Both the position numbers and the translations under genes were made by a program. A stretch of 64,000 bases of DNA from contig CM000155.2 in assembly GCA_000004695.1 (NCBI GenBank), positions 1,248,001 to 1,312,000 on the forward strand, written 5' to 3'. Below are positions 10,870-29,623 of this stretch, piece after piece (position 1 is the stretch's first letter; every line of letters begins with the position of its first letter). The notes under the pieces are model-generated. The model was not told where the DNA came from. It did no database searches and saw nothing but the letters and a program-made list of their open reading frames with translations. The DNA comes from Dictyostelium discoideum (Eukaryota).

Positions 10870-11280
10870 AAACAACGACAACAAAATAGCAATAATAATA
10901 ATAATAATTATAATAACCAACAACAACAACAACAACAACAACAAGGACAAGGACAACCATTAAATTCAACAAGAAGATTACCATCTAATACTATGTATCA
11001 ATCACCAATAAAACCTAATGAAACTAATAATACTACAACATCATCACCAAATAATCATATAAAGACACCACTAAATCAACAACAAAGAAATCAAACAATA
11101 ATAGCTAATTTAAATTTTGTAAATGAATCAATTGGTAGGGAAATAGAGGAATTAGAAAGAGTTTTAAATTGGCATACAATAAATTCAACAAATGAAAGAG
11201 ATATTGCTTCAATAAAATATCAAATTCAATTAAAATATAATCAAATTCAAAAATTAAATGAAATTGGAAGTTTAATATAA
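10240..11280 (+). CDS. Asparagine/glutamine-rich hypothetical protein with C-terminal coiled coil (346 aa)
   Basis: Single ORF with a clean ATG context. Long poly-N and poly-Q tracts encoded by AAT/CAA. The C-terminus (ESIGREIEELERVLNWHTINSTNERDIASIKYQIQLKYNQIQKLNEIGSLI) is non-repetitive and predicted helical. No recognisable domain. Missed upstream exons are possible. Confidence 0.5.
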
Positions 11281-11385
11281 AATGAATAAAAAGAGAGAGA
11301 AAAGAAAAAAAAAAAAAAAAGAAAAAGGAAAAAATTATTTGTTTAAAAAAAAAAAAAAAAAAAAATATTCAATTTTATTTTATCT

Positions 11386-14431
<3,046 letters not shown>

Positions 14432-14860
14432 AATTAATTATTTTTATTTTATATTGTTTTTTTTATTAATTTATTTCTTTGATTATTATTTTTTTTTTTT
14501 TTTTGTTATTTGATTTTTTTTTTTTTTTTTTTTTTAATATTAAATTTATAGTTTAAAAATTATTGAATAATAATAAAAATAAAAAATCCTAAATGAAAGA
14601 ATAATAAAAATAAATAATGTTGGAGAGTAATTAAATTATTAAGTATAATATTATAATTAAAAAAAAAAAAAAAAAAAAAAATTTATTAGTATATATATAT
14701 TTTATTTTAATTAATTTTTTTTTATTTTTTTTTTTTATTGTGTTAAAATTTTATTTTTATTTTTTTTTTATTAATAAAACATATAAAAACAAATAATGAA
14801 TTTTAAAAGGTAATTATTTTTTATTAAAATTTTCACAACACCACATTTGGTAAAAAAAAA

Positions 14861-14891
<31 letters not shown>

Positions 14892-15404
14892 AAAAAAAAA
14901 ATTTTAATCCATTGTTTACCACACCCTATATTTCTTTTTAAAATAATACTTTTAAAATCAATATCCAAAATAAAATTAAAAAAAAGAGAAATAAACAAAA
15001 CCAACCCTTCAAATAATCGTATGCACCCCACTAACAAGAAAGTTTTTGATTATATTTGAAAAAAAAAAAAAAAATCTTTTAATAATTGGAAAAAAAAAAT
15101 AAAAACATTTAAAAATAAAAATAACCATATTTGTGGTTTTAATTTAAAAATACTAAAAATTCAAAATTGACTCTTTCGATTATGAAATTATTTCTTTTTT
15201 TGTCATATTGCATAAGAAATTACTTTTCTTTGGAACAATTCCAAAAAAAAAAAAATTAAAAATTAAAAATAAAAAAAAAAATAAAAAAAAAAAATAAAAA
15301 TAAAAAAAAATTAATTTTTTATGAATTTTTTTTTTTTTTCTTTCAATTTTTTTTTTTTTTATAAATAAAAATAATCCCACACGATCGTTTATTAAATAAT
15401 ATTA

Positions 15405-15440
<36 letters not shown>

Positions 15441-15545
15441 GTTATTATTAATACCATTATTTATCAAAATAATTTATTTGTTTTTTTTAATAAATTATTA
15501 TATACTACCGTATTTTTCTTTCTAAAATAATATATACATAACACC

Positions 15546-16448
15546 ATGGGTTGCGTTGTTTCAAAATCAGATGGTAAGATAATTAATATCAACGACAACA
15601 AAATAAATAAAGGAATAACAACAATAGTATTATATAAATAATCGGAAATATAGCTATTGATAAGTTTGGATTGACTTTTGTTTCACCTTGTCAGGATATT
15701 AACGACTAAAAGAAAGAAAAAAAAAAAATATTATACTTATATAATCAGTAATATAAAAATAAAAACCTAATTTTTCATTTTATTTTAATTTATTGTAGAT
15801 ATTAAAAATGAAAATGAATCTAGACAAAGAAATCAAGCCTCATCATCTCAACAACCATCATCATCTCAAACACCTTCAAAACAAATAGGTATTGCTGCTA
15901 AAGAGTAGTGTAACAAATAGATTTTTTAAAAATAATAATGATAATAATGATAATAATAATAAAGATAGCATATAGTGATCATAATTTCTAATTAGGTTTT
16001 TATTATTTATAGCAGCGAAGAACAACCACAAGAAGTTTCATATTCACAAATGAGAGAATTAGATAATGACTTTTTCAAGGATATTATTGACAGAACAGCA
16101 CAGTAAATATATTTTTTATTATTATTAAAAACACATTATATAGGTTTATTACTGTACTAATGGACTTTTTTTTTTTTTATATACATTTTGGAATTGATTT
16201 TACAATATATTAAAATAAAAAAAAATAGAAAATTCATTGATGTATCTATGGTTGGTCCAGATGGTAAAGATTCATTCCTCGATAGAGAAAAAGATTATAG
16301 CGCTCAAATTAAAGACTCAAAACTTTTAAAACCAACCTCATTAACTTCATTACCTCGTTTATCTCAACAATGTCAAATGTCAAATTTACAAAACCTTCTT
16401 TCACAACCAACTACTTTTGATAATGAATTGGTAATTATTATTATTATT

Positions 16449-16483
<35 letters not shown>

Positions 16484-16675
16484 GATAATATATAATCTAT
16501 AGTATATAAATATAAATATTTAAAGTAGGAATAATTAATATTAATGTTGTTGATTACAATTTAATTATATATATAGATGTCAAAATATACTTCTTCAATT
16601 TCAGAAAATTTAAATGGAATCCACATTAAGGAATGTGGCGAACTTGTTGTATTTTTTGGAAATTCTTTAAAATAA
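15546..16675 (+). CDS. lamtor1: Ragulator complex protein LAMTOR1 (p18) homolog, N-myristoylated/palmitoylated (MGC), 5 exons
   Basis: E1 15546..15573 (MGCVVSKSD, donor GTAAGA). E2 15799..15904 (acceptor TTGTAG). E3 16013..16102 (SEEQPQEVSYSQMRELDNDFFKDIIDRTAQ, donor GTAAAT). E4 16229..16430 (KFIDVSMVGPDGKDSFLDREKDYSAQIKDSKLLKPTSLTSLPRLSQQ...NEL, donor GTAATT). E5 16577..16675 (MSKYTSSISENLNGIHIKECGELVVFFGNSLK*). The NIIDVS, MDRARQYS, LPPLPSLTSQ and EELVVQFGIP blocks of human LAMTOR1 align with IDVS, LDREKDYS, LKPTSLTSLP and GELVVFFG here. Only an unusual GTAGTG donor (E2 end 15904) keeps the frame across E2/E3. The canonical GTATTG at 15889 does not. Confidence 0.6.
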
Positions 16676-17844
16676 ATCAAATCTTATAAATAAATAATAA
16701 AAAAAAAAAAAAAAAAAAAATAAAATAAAAAAAAAAATAATAAAAAAAAAAAAAAAAAAAGCAATATAATAAATATATGTAATATTTATTACTGGTAGTA
16801 TTTATAATAAAATAATATAAATTGTTTTTTTTTTTTCCTAATTTCATTGTCTTTTTTTTTTTTTTTGGTATAACACAATTAGGAGTAGTGGTTCTATTAT
16901 AGAATTATTTTTTTTTTTGAAATTCTAAAAATAAAAGCAATCTTACTATTATAAAAACATTACTCAACATTTTTATTATGAATTTAAAATCATTTAATTT
17001 CTTTTTTTTTTATTTTATTTTATTTGTAGTGGATTTAAATACAAAATAATTAAAAAAATAAATAATAAAATACATACTTATATGATAATTTGTTTTCTTT
17101 TTTTTTTTTTCAAAAAGTAGTTCTTATTATTTCATTTTTATTATACACTTTTTACTCTTTAATAATAATTTTTAAAAATACTACCATGAATCGGTTTAAA
17201 AAATAAAAGACAGTGGTTTTCAGTTTATATCCAATTCTTTTTTTTATAAAAAATTATTTATTATATAAGTAGAAATAGAGTTTTATTATTATTATTATTA
17301 TTACTTAAATATTTTCTTTTAAAAAACATAAAAATATATTTCGAAATTTATTTCATAATATAAAACATAAATTTTTTTTTTTACAAGCACATGAACCACA
17401 CATACACACACTAAATAAATATACTTTTTTTAAAACAATACATAAAATAATTTAAAAATATATATAAATATTTATATATATGGTTATAAAAATAATGTTT
17501 TGGCCTTTAAATGGAAAGGGTTGAACAATTATAATAAAATCAAATTACAATTTTTAACCCAAAAGAAATAATAATCAATCAAATAAAATAAACATAAAAA
17601 TCAATTATTTATTTGTTTGTTTCTCTTGTTATCTCAACAACCCACACAAATACACACACCCCCCATTCTCAAATTCTCACACATACCAAAACCCCACTCT
17701 CTTTTCTGTCTATTATTTTTTTTATTTAATTTACAAGATAATTTAATATTGTTTTATTTTGTTTTATTAAAATTGTATATAAATATTTATATCCTTATAT
17801 CAATATAATTATATGTTTAATTTTTAAAACTAAAGTATTTTTCT

Positions 17845-17891
<47 letters not shown>

Positions 17892-18024
17892 ATTTAATTA
17901 TTAATGTTTGGAAAAAGAAAAATAGGAATTAGTAATAATTTTTAACAATTCCTAAAAGTTAATTTTAATATTTTTTTATTGTATTAGTAAATATATATGT
18001 AATAATAATAATAATAATAATAAT

Positions 18025-18061
<37 letters not shown>

Positions 18062-18212
18062 TTTTTTTTTTTTTTTTTTTTTTTTCTAAACACATTCACG
18101 AAATCCTGTTTTAATAATAAATAAAAAAGATTAAAATAAAAATTAAAAAAAATCTATACAAAATAAATAAAAAATAAATAATTTTTTTTTTATTTTATTT
18201 TTATTTTAAAAA

Positions 18213-19590
18213 ATGAATCAAATAAATAAATTTATAAAAAATTTATATTTAATAATAATTACGATAATTTTAATAATAGTAATAAGTAACGATAATAATG
18301 GTTTATTTATAAATGGACAAAGTTTACCAGATGGATTTTGTCCACAACCTTTAATATATAGGAATTCAACAAATAGGAAAGCAGATATAGATAATGGATA
18401 TAATTTTGTTGGAGAGACCAATTGTTTACTTCCATGTCCATCACCATTATTTCCAAAATCACAATGGGAATCTTATTTTGAGATGTCATTAATTATGGGT
18501 TCGATATCAATGTTTGCATCATTATTTTTAATTATAACTTATAGTCCATTAATAAATAAAAAGCATACCCGTCATACTGTTGGTATTTTATGTATGTCAA
18601 TTGGAATATTTTTCGTAATGGTAAGTGATGGTCGTCAACTTTGGGATATAGAATCACCTGGTGAATACAAAAAATATTGCCCAGATACTGGAAGATATGC
18701 AAGGCAATCAGATACAAAATGTCTAACGACTGGTCTATTCTTCCAATTTGGTTGTGTCACCGCCATTGGATGGTGGTCAATTTTAGCAGTTGATTTATGG
18801 ATGACAATTGCTAAAAAAGTTCAAACAACAAAAAAACAACTTTTATATTATTTAATTGGAATTAATACAGTATCATTGATTTTAACATTTGGACCAGTGG
18901 TAAAGAATCAATATGGGTTTGGTAACGCCGCAATTGGGTGTTGGATGTTGGATTTAAAGTATCAATATGGTTTCTTTTGGATACCAGTTGGAATTTGTTT
19001 ATCGGTTGGTAGTGTTTTCATTGGATTAATATTTTGGGAAATTTATAAAATTAGTGATGCTGTAAAGAAACGTTACTTAAAGAAACATATTAAACCATTA
19101 TGTTTAATTGTTTTAATGTGTTTAGAATTCTTATATATGTTTATTTACTACTCCTATATAACAGCAAATCAACCTACCTACAATAAACATGTTGCCGAAT
19201 ATATCATGTGTTTAATAATCAATGCTGCCAATGTACCAGGTTCATACACTTGTCAATTGAAAACCGTTTCACCCACTGCTCAATTCCTTTTCTTAATTGC
19301 AATTCGTTTAATGGGTTTACAAGGTTTAATATTTTATGGTCTAACTGCTGCAACTAAAAAAGTTTGGGCAAATTCTTGGATTTATAAAGATTTATTAAAA
19401 TTATTTAAATTATTCACAACCAAACTTTATAATGATAGTAGTAGTGAAGAGGTTGAAAATAGTAATTATAGTAATAATAATAGTAATTACTATAGTAGTA
19501 ATGGTTATACCACCGGTGGTAGTGATAATGGTGTGGGTAGTGGTAGAAGTGATAAATTTACAAAATCCTCTTCAAATGGAGGTGCTCAAG

Positions 19591-19667
<77 letters not shown>

Positions 19668-19748
19668 TCTTCATCACTTGAAATTTCTGGTGTTGAATCA
19701 AATAATAGTACACCAAGAGTAAACTCTCCTGATAATTTACAACCTTAA
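18213..19748 (+). CDS. Frizzled/smoothened-like 7-transmembrane receptor without a full cysteine-rich domain (Fsl/Fsc family), single exon
   Basis: 511-aa ORF with an N-terminal signal/TM segment, a short Cys-containing ectodomain (CPQPL...CLLPCPSP), seven hydrophobic helices, and KTxxxW-region-like GLTAATKKVWANSW after TM7. The C-terminal tail is N/S-rich, with an (AAT)n run. Confidence 0.7.
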
Positions 19749-19881
19749 ATTTTGTAAATATATAAAATAATAATAGTAATAATAAAATAAAATAAAATTT
19801 AAATAAAATAAAATTTAAATAAAATATGTTTTTTTTTTATTTTTTTTTTATTTGTTTATTTATTTATTTATTTATTTAGTC

Positions 19882-20322
19882 TTATTCAGCTTTTTTATAA
19901 ATAAAAGCAGATAATTGTATAATTTTTTGTTTAATTTCATTTAAAACTTGATCGGTTGAGGACATATCAAAAGTTGAATAACGAGTCCAAAAGGTTACTT
20001 GAAATAAATAAGAATGATGACTGACACCAAATTCTTCACTAAAGTAAACATCGAAATTATCATTCATAAAATCGTGAAGTAACAATTCTCTATTTCTAAG
20101 GTTTGATATGAATGAATAAAATTCTTCGTTATCAGTGGATTTAAATTGAATGATTTCATATTGATTACCTTTTTCCGCTGCTTTTAATAAGATATCATAA
20201 CAATAGTTTTTTATCGTTTCTAACATTCCTCCACCTTCTTTTCTTGCTCTTTCTAATGATAAAATCTTTAATTTTTCACCTGATAATATATTATTATTAT
20301 TACAAAAACAAACTGAACTATT

Positions 20323-20353
<31 letters not shown>

Positions 20354-20940
20354 TTATTATTATTACAACCGCCGTCATAACTATTATTGTTATCATTATT
20401 TTTAAAATCTGTATTTATTTTTAATTGACTGATTGGGTTATAACTACAATTAAATACTCTCGGACTAATATTGGTTTTTGTTTCATTATTATTTACATTA
20501 TTATTTACATTATTATCGTTTTTGGTTTTATTTACATTTTCATTTTCATTTTTATTTTTATTATTATTTATTTTTACATTATTATTTATATTATTATTAC
20601 TGTTATTAAATGGACATTGTGTATTATGATGTGGTAATTGAAAATAATCCAATTCTTTAATAAACATTTTATAAGGTATTTGTCTTGGTAATTCCATTTC
20701 ACCAGTTCTGTATGCATTTAGAATATATTCAAACATTTCACTTGAACGGTCAAAGAAATATTCACCCTTTTCATTTGGTCTTAATAAATGTTTATTTCTA
20801 TCACTAAACATAATTTCAAGTAAGGAACCTTCATAGGATGATTGAAGAGTTGATCTATAGGTTTCGAATATCCTCCCTCCGACATTTAATATTATCCTTT
20901 CTTCAACTCCAAATTCAAAATCTTTCACTTTTTTATCCAT
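19882..20940 (-). CDS. BTB/POZ (T1-type, KCTD-like) domain protein, single exon
   Basis: 352-aa ORF. The N-terminal part (ERIILNVGGRIFETYRSTLQSSYEGSLLEIMFSDR...GEYFFDRSSEMFEYILNAYRTGEMELP) matches the K-channel tetramerisation-type BTB pattern (LNVGG..F.T...TL...D..G.YFIDR....F..IL.Y.R.G...LP). N-rich linker and a structured C-terminal domain follow. Confidence 0.7.
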
Positions 20941-21042
20941 ATGGTTTAACCTATATATATATATAAATATATATATTGGGGCTTTTTTATTATTATTTGT
21001 ATTTTTTATGAGATTTTCAAATTTTGAATTTTTTTTTTTTTA

Positions 21043-21091
<49 letters not shown>

Positions 21092-21572
21092 ATTCTTTTC
21101 TCTGAATTTTTTTTTTTTTATTTTTTTTTAATCCCAAATCGACCCAAATTTTCATTTTTTTCTTTTTTTTTTAATCAATTATTTAATTTTATTTATTTTT
21201 AATATGAATTTAGCATATAAAAATAGAGTTCTGAAAATACACAAAATGATATTAAATTTATAAAAAATGAATGTAATCATTCTTTCTTATAAAATTTTTT
21301 TTTTTTATTTGCCATTTTATTTTTATAATTTAATTATTTAAATAATTAAATGATCATTCATTTTTGAAATTGTTTTTTATTTTAAGGAAATATGAAAATT
21401 AGATTTTTTTTTTAAAAAAAAAACAAATAAAATAATCCAGATATAATTTTTTTTTTTTTTAAAAAAAAAAATAATAAACCAATGAATTATCTTTTTTTAA
21501 AAAAAAAAAAAATTAATTAAAGAAAAGAAGGTTTATTTAATTTATTTGATTTATTTAATTTATTTAATTTAT

Positions 21573-23111
<1,539 letters not shown>

Positions 23112-23612
23112 TTTATATTTGATTATTTTAAATATTATTTAATTTTTTTTTTTTTTTTTTATTTATTTAATTATTTATTTTTATTTATAAATATATTAAA
23201 AAATATATTGTTGTACTTAAGTTTTGTTATTTAAATACAATGAAAAAAAATAAACAATTTAAACTTTTTTTTTCTTTTTTTTTTCATTGTTATTAAAAAA
23301 ATTTTAATTTTTTTAATTATAAAACCCCTTCAAAAATTATTCATTACATCATTTTATAAAATTTTTAAAGAATTAATCTGTAAAAATAAAAAAATAAAAA
23401 AATAAAAAAATTTCATTATCTTAGTTTTTAAAGATTAAAAATCATATTACATAATTATTAATTCTTTTTGGAAATAAATATTAATCTGATTGATTAAATA
23501 ATAATTTAAAAAATTAAAAAAAAAAAATAAAAAAAATAAAAAAAAAAAATAAAATAAAAATAAAAAAAAAATAAAAAAAAAAAAAAAAATAAATGAAAAA
23601 ACGAAAGATTCG

Positions 23613-23653
<41 letters not shown>

Positions 23654-23732
23654 CAATATATTTTTAGATATATATATAAATTTTTTTTTTTTTTTTTTTC
23701 ATACAAAAAAAAGTCACATATAATATAATAAG

Positions 23733-24722
23733 ATGACAGTTGCAGATAAAAAGAAAACCACCACTACTTCTAAAAAAGTTGAAAAAACTATAAATCCATC
23801 TAAAAAAACTACAGAAAAAGAAAACCCAAAAAAGAAATCATCAGTATCAACTCCAATAGAAAATAAATTTAAAGTTGTTGGATTAGAAGAATTATTAAAT
23901 ACTCCAAATAAAAAATCTGAAGTAAAACAAATTAAATTTGATGAAAAAGGTGATAAATTAGTTAACCAAATTTTATCATTTTTTAAAATTCAAGGTATTA
24001 CAAATAGTATGTATACTTTTTTTAGTCGCACACTACACCCAAAAAATAATAAAAATAAAAAATTTTAAAAAAAACTAATTTTTTATTTCTATTTTTATTT
24101 CTATTTTTATTTTTAATAATAATAATAATAATAAAAAGTTAAATTAAATGAATATGAATTATTAGAAAAAGAAATTTCAAATAATAATAATAAAATCATT
24201 AAAAAGGTATCAAATAATTATACATTATTAAGTGAATTAATTAAAAAATTATTAAAAGAAGAATGCAAAGAAATTGAAGCAATTTCAATTTTATTAGTAA
24301 TTACACGTTCCATTTCATCATATAGTTTCCCAAATTTTGTAGAGACAATAATAAAGAAAGATAAGATTAAAATGGTACCAACAATTTGTAAATATTTTAC
24401 AGATTTAAGTAGTGATGATTTAGTATCATTAATTGAATACATCCTCACAAATCAAACATTCAATAAAATTAAAAAACAAATTGAAAAACAACCAACTCAA
24501 TCATTAACTCAACAATCATCAGCTACCGAAATCAATAATTCAATTGAATTGGATACTTTATTATCGTTACCTTTAAATCACGACTTTATGTTAACATCAC
24601 TTCGTTCACTCTCTATCGATTCAGTTTTATTACTTTTAAATTATTTATATTCTCGTATTTCTTTATTCTCATTAAGTGTTGAATTAAATTCTGAAGAAAA
24701 TAATAATAATAATAGTAGTAGC

Positions 24723-24763
<41 letters not shown>

Positions 24764-25001
24764 ATCAAATTTAACATTAAAACAAATTATTGATTGGATT
24801 TCTTTAATTTTCGATACACACTTCCAAGAATTAATTAAAAAGATTGAAAATATTAATCATTACTCCGGTCCAATTCGTTCATTACAAAATAATACAAAAT
24901 CATTCTTTTACACAAAATCATTTATTGACTTTTTAGAAAAATCTTCACTCACAAAATCAATTGAAAATAATGATTATTCAATTTATCATTATAAATTTTA
25001 A
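23733..25001 (+). CDS. Hypothetical protein with lysine-rich N-terminus, 2 exons
   Basis: E1 23733..23994 (MTVADKKKTTTTSKKVEK...KLVNQILSFFKIQ, donor GTATTA, phase 1). E2 24139..25001 (acceptor AAAAAG; KLNEYELLEKEIS...ICKYFTDLSSDDLVSLIEYILTNQTFNKIKKQ...HYKF*). Frame and phase are consistent. No domain recognised. Confidence 0.5.
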
Positions 25002-25014
25002 GATTATTAAAATT

Positions 25015-25056
<42 letters not shown>

Positions 25057-25205
25057 AAAAAAAACAAAAATCCTTTTTTAAAACAATAATTAAATAAAAA
25101 AAAAAAAAAAAAAAATTTTATATGCGTGATTGTTTTTTTATTTATTTATTTATTTATAGATTTTTTATTTTTATTTATTTATTTACATTTTTATATTTTA
25201 TTGAT

Positions 25206-25654
25206 TTAATTATATCTATCTTGTAAATCATTTATAATATTATTTGCAATGTTACTAATTTTATTTGAAATTGAGGTTAAATCAGATCTAGCATTGTATG
25301 CTAAATCTCTTGCTATATTAGAAGCACTTCTTTCACTAAATGATGGTGTTTCATCACGATCATAGTATTGTGCAGATGAAATTGATTTTGAATTTGTAAA
25401 TTTAGAAATACGTTGCTGTTTATCTGAATCCACTTTTTCTTTATCCTCTCCATAATAAGTTGATGATGATATTGATTTTGCATTTGTAAAATTCTTTCTA
25501 GCATAATCTGTTTCATTTTGATGTTGATAATTTTTATTTTCATTATTATTTCTAGGTGATTGATTATTTGGTGACCTATTATTATTATTATAGCTATTAT
25601 TGTTACTATTATTACTGTAGTTTTTATTATTATTATTATTATTATTATTGTAGC

Positions 25655-25694
<40 letters not shown>

Positions 25695-25802
25695 GTTATT
25701 GTTATTATTGTTATTACTATTATTACTATTATTATATTTTTGTGAATAAAGTGGTGATGATGAATCCTGTTTATTTGAAGTTTGATCAACTGAAAAATCC
25801 AT
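25206..25802 (-). CDS. Hypothetical N-rich protein with duplicated KxFTNxKSISSxxYY motif
   Basis: 198-aa ORF. Two copies of (K)NFTNAKSISSSTYYGEDKEK and (K)FTNSKSISSAQYYDRDE, followed by a predicted helical C-terminus (SNIARDLAYNARSDLTSISNKISNIANNIINDLQDRYN). Resembles stress-associated small hydrophilic proteins. No family assigned. Confidence 0.45.
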
Positions 25803-25907
25803 TGAGAATTTTGAGCTTGTATATAGTGATCTCCTATTATAAATTAAGATATAAGGATATTTATATATATTAGTACAAACAATTAATATTAAGGTTAGGG
25901 TTTAATT

Positions 25908-26798
25908 TTAATATACAAACAATTCAGGTGATAAATCAGATCTATTATTTGAATCACTTTCATCTTCATCATTTTCTATATATTCATTATTAAATTTAAA
26001 TGATGATCCACCTTTTTTCTTATTGTTTTTATAGTTATTATTATTATTATTATTGTTATTATTATCAAATTTCTCTTCTTTTTTATCTGGTAATGAATCC
26101 CAATCATCATCAAATGATTTCTGATCAATCTTTTTTGTTGCAACCTTTTTTGTAGAAGTTGATTTTGGTGGTGATGATGAAAAGAAACTATCAAAATCAT
26201 CACTATCATTTTTAGTAGTGGTGGTAGTAGTTGTTGTTGACTTTTGTTGAGAAGACACTTTTTTATCTGAAAAACTAGTAGTTGGTGATTGTTGTTGTTG
26301 TTGTTGTTGTTGTTGTTTTGATTGTAAAATACCACTACCACTACTACTACTTGAATTTGTAGAAAACATTGGTGAAGAGGTTGTTGTTGAAGGATTTGAA
26401 TTAATTGTTGAAATTGATAATGGTGATGGTGTTGTTGGCGCTTGAAGTGGTGTTGATGATGTTGAACTAAATGGTGAAATTTCTTTTAATCTTTTTTATA
26501 TTTTTAAACAATAAGTTATTATTGAATTTAATATGATATTTATATATTTGTATATTATACTTACGCTTTTTTAACTCTTGCATCTAAAATTTGTTTATAG
26601 TTTATACCAACTTGTGATTGATATTTTGATTCAGTATCTCTTATATCACCACCATGTTCTTGAAAGTATTGTTTTGCAACTTGGTTACCACCAAGCTCCA
26701 TATATTTCAATTGTGACATCTTCCAACGATCTAGTTTAATTGATCTTTTATTATGTTCATTATTATTTTAAATAAAAAATAATAAAAAATGAAAAAGT

Positions 26799-26830
<32 letters not shown>

Positions 26831-27067
26831 ATTAATTTTATTTTAAATAAAAAATAAATAAATAAATATATTTTTACCTTACAAAAGTAATATGAGTACC
26901 CATATTACGATGAATTGATGAACAGTCGAAACAAATAAAAACACCAAATGGAATTGAAGTCCATGTAGGACCTCTTGCACGACAATCAAAACATTCTTTA
27001 TTCTCTGTTTTATTTATAAATTTTGAAAAAAATTGGGTTGTTTCTTCAGCTGATAGTATTGGTTCCA

Positions 27068-27068
<1 letters not shown>
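25908..27068 (-). CDS. ADP-ribosylation factor GTPase-activating protein (ArfGAP zinc-finger domain), 3 exons
   Basis: E1 27068..26899 ([63 protein letters not shown], donor GTAAAA, phase 2). E2 26744..26565 ([33 protein letters not shown]...DARVKKA, donor GTAAGT). E3 26490..25908 (S/T/Q-rich tail ending ...SPELFVY*). The CxxC-x16-CxxC finger, HRxxG and FVRS are all present. Confidence 0.75.
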
Positions 27069-27098
<30 letters not shown>

Positions 27099-27798
27099 TA
27101 ATATAAGAAAATAATATAGTAATTTATTTTATATATATAAAGTGTGTAAAAAAAAAAAAAATGAATTAAGTGTATGTTTTTAGAAAAAAAATTAAATTAA
27201 TTAAAAACCATTTTTTAAGAGTAAAAATTTAATTAAATAAATAAATTTTTCAAATTTTAATTTTTTTTTTTTTTTTTTTTTATTTTTTTTATTTTTTTTT
27301 TTTTTATTATTCCCAACAATATCGTGTCAAATATTTTTGTTTATCCAAAAATGCCACATTGACTTTTGATTTTTAAAATTTAACTTAAATAAATTATTTT
27401 TAGATATTTCAACTAACAAATGTTTCGTTTATTTTTTATTTTTTATCATTATTAGTGTGATTTACTATTAATTATCTATTTTTATAATTTTGTTTTTTTA
27501 ATACAGTTGGTCACACCAGAATTACCAAACAAGCTTTGGTTGTTTGAAAAAAAAAATAATTAAAATAAAAAAAAAATAAAGAAAAATAAATTAATAAAAA
27601 TAGAAAAACTTTCTTTATTAATAAATATAAATTATAAAACAACTATTTATTATTTTTTTTGAAAAAAAAAAAAAAAAAAAAAAAAGAGAGGGAGAATAGG
27701 TAGATAATTGAGCACTAGTTATTAACAATAAAAAAAAAAAAAAATTATTTATTTAATTTTTTTAATTAGTTATTTGTTATTTGTTTTCAACATAAAAC

Positions 27799-28003
27799 TT
27801 ATTCCCAAGCGCCCCATTCATCATTTTCTTCATTATCTTCAGAAGAAGATCTTTTATCAATGACTTCCCAATCATTAAGTTCACCCATTGAACCAACTTT
27901 CCTTCTTAAATTTTGATTTTGTTGCATTTGCATTTGTATTTGTTGTTGTTGTATAAATCTATTTTGTTCTTCCAATGGATTGATATTTTTATTATTATTG
28001 TTA

Positions 28004-28077
<74 letters not shown>

Positions 28078-28508
28078 TACATTATTTACAGGTGTTTCAA
28101 TGATAGTTTCAGTAGCTTTGGGCGAAAGTGGGTGATTAATTCCTTCTGATATTTTTAAAGTTTGTTGAATCTCTTGTGTAACATTTTCTATTTTTTCATC
28201 TTTATTATCACCAACCAATTCTTTCTTATCCTCTCCCACTTTTTCTATGTTTTCATCTTTAATTTCATCAACATTCTTACTATTATTTTCATCTTTATTT
28301 TCATTTTCATCTTTAATTTCATTTTCATCTTTATTTTCATTATTATTTTCATTATTATTTTCATCATCATCATCCCAATTTACCTCATCTTCGTCATCTT
28401 GAGTATTTGATAACAATTTATGATATTGATTTTTTAATTCTCTATAGAAGTTATAAATATAATATAATATCAATATTAATATGTTTGAAAGAGAATTATG
28501 TGATATGG

Positions 28509-28540
<32 letters not shown>

Positions 28541-29083
28541 AACTTACTGATTAAAAAAGTATCTACACCAAAAATCAATTTCATTTACTTTGCTTGGTAC
28601 TAAATGATTGTAATAACTTCTTACCTTATTTACATTGTTATTGTTTGGGTTGGTGGTAGTGTTATTTATATTTGTAAGTAATGAAACTATTTTGGATTGA
28701 TTTTTTGAAATGACAAATGATTTCTTAAATTCATTGTATTTTGGATTTATTGGATCATTCAAGTAAAATTCAATTTCAGATTTTTCAAATTTATCACTAT
28801 TATTAATAGTGTCATTAAGAGAGAATGTTGGTGATGTTGTTGTTGTTGTTATTGTTGCTGTTGAGGTATTAGTTGTTGTTGTTGTTGTTGTTGTTCTCTT
28901 CTTATTTTTAGTTGTATTTGTTGTTATTGCGGATGGGATATAATCGAAAGAATCACCAATTAATGACGGTTGAAGTGAAAGATCATCATTATCTTCCTCA
29001 TCGTCGCTACTGTCATTGCTATCATTACCAACACCATTTTTAATATTGTTGTTGTTGTTATTATTATTATTATTATTATTATA

Positions 29084-29131
<48 letters not shown>

Positions 29132-29466
29132 GTTATTATTAATTTCAGAGGAATTTGCAGTTGGATATTCGGTAATAAAATTTGAAATACCACTTGAAAT
29201 TTTACTCTTTACTTTTGAAATATTTGAAAGAATTGGTGAACTAAATAAACCTATAACTGAATCATGCTTATCTTCCTCAACATCTGAACCATCTTCTACA
29301 ATTGTTATCTTTTTTTCATCATTGTTTTGTTGTTGTTGTTCGCTATTTATAGTTAAATTAGATCCAAATTCTTGGAAATCTTCTTTATAAACATTTATAA
29401 TATCCTCTGACTAAATAAAAAAATATAATTACATATAAAAAAAAAAAAAAAAAGTTAGCACACACT

Positions 29467-29506
<40 letters not shown>

Positions 29507-29536
29507 GAAACAGACTATAATGATAATAAAATTAAA

Positions 29537-29623
<87 letters not shown>

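Noticed and set aside
27799-28584. M-start at 28584 of ORF 27799..28584 (MKLIFGVDTFLISKFILYIYIYIY...)
   Set aside because: The first about 45 residues are intron read-through (the (TA)n tract). The real exon starts at the AG acceptor at 28441 and belongs to the BSDC1-like gene.
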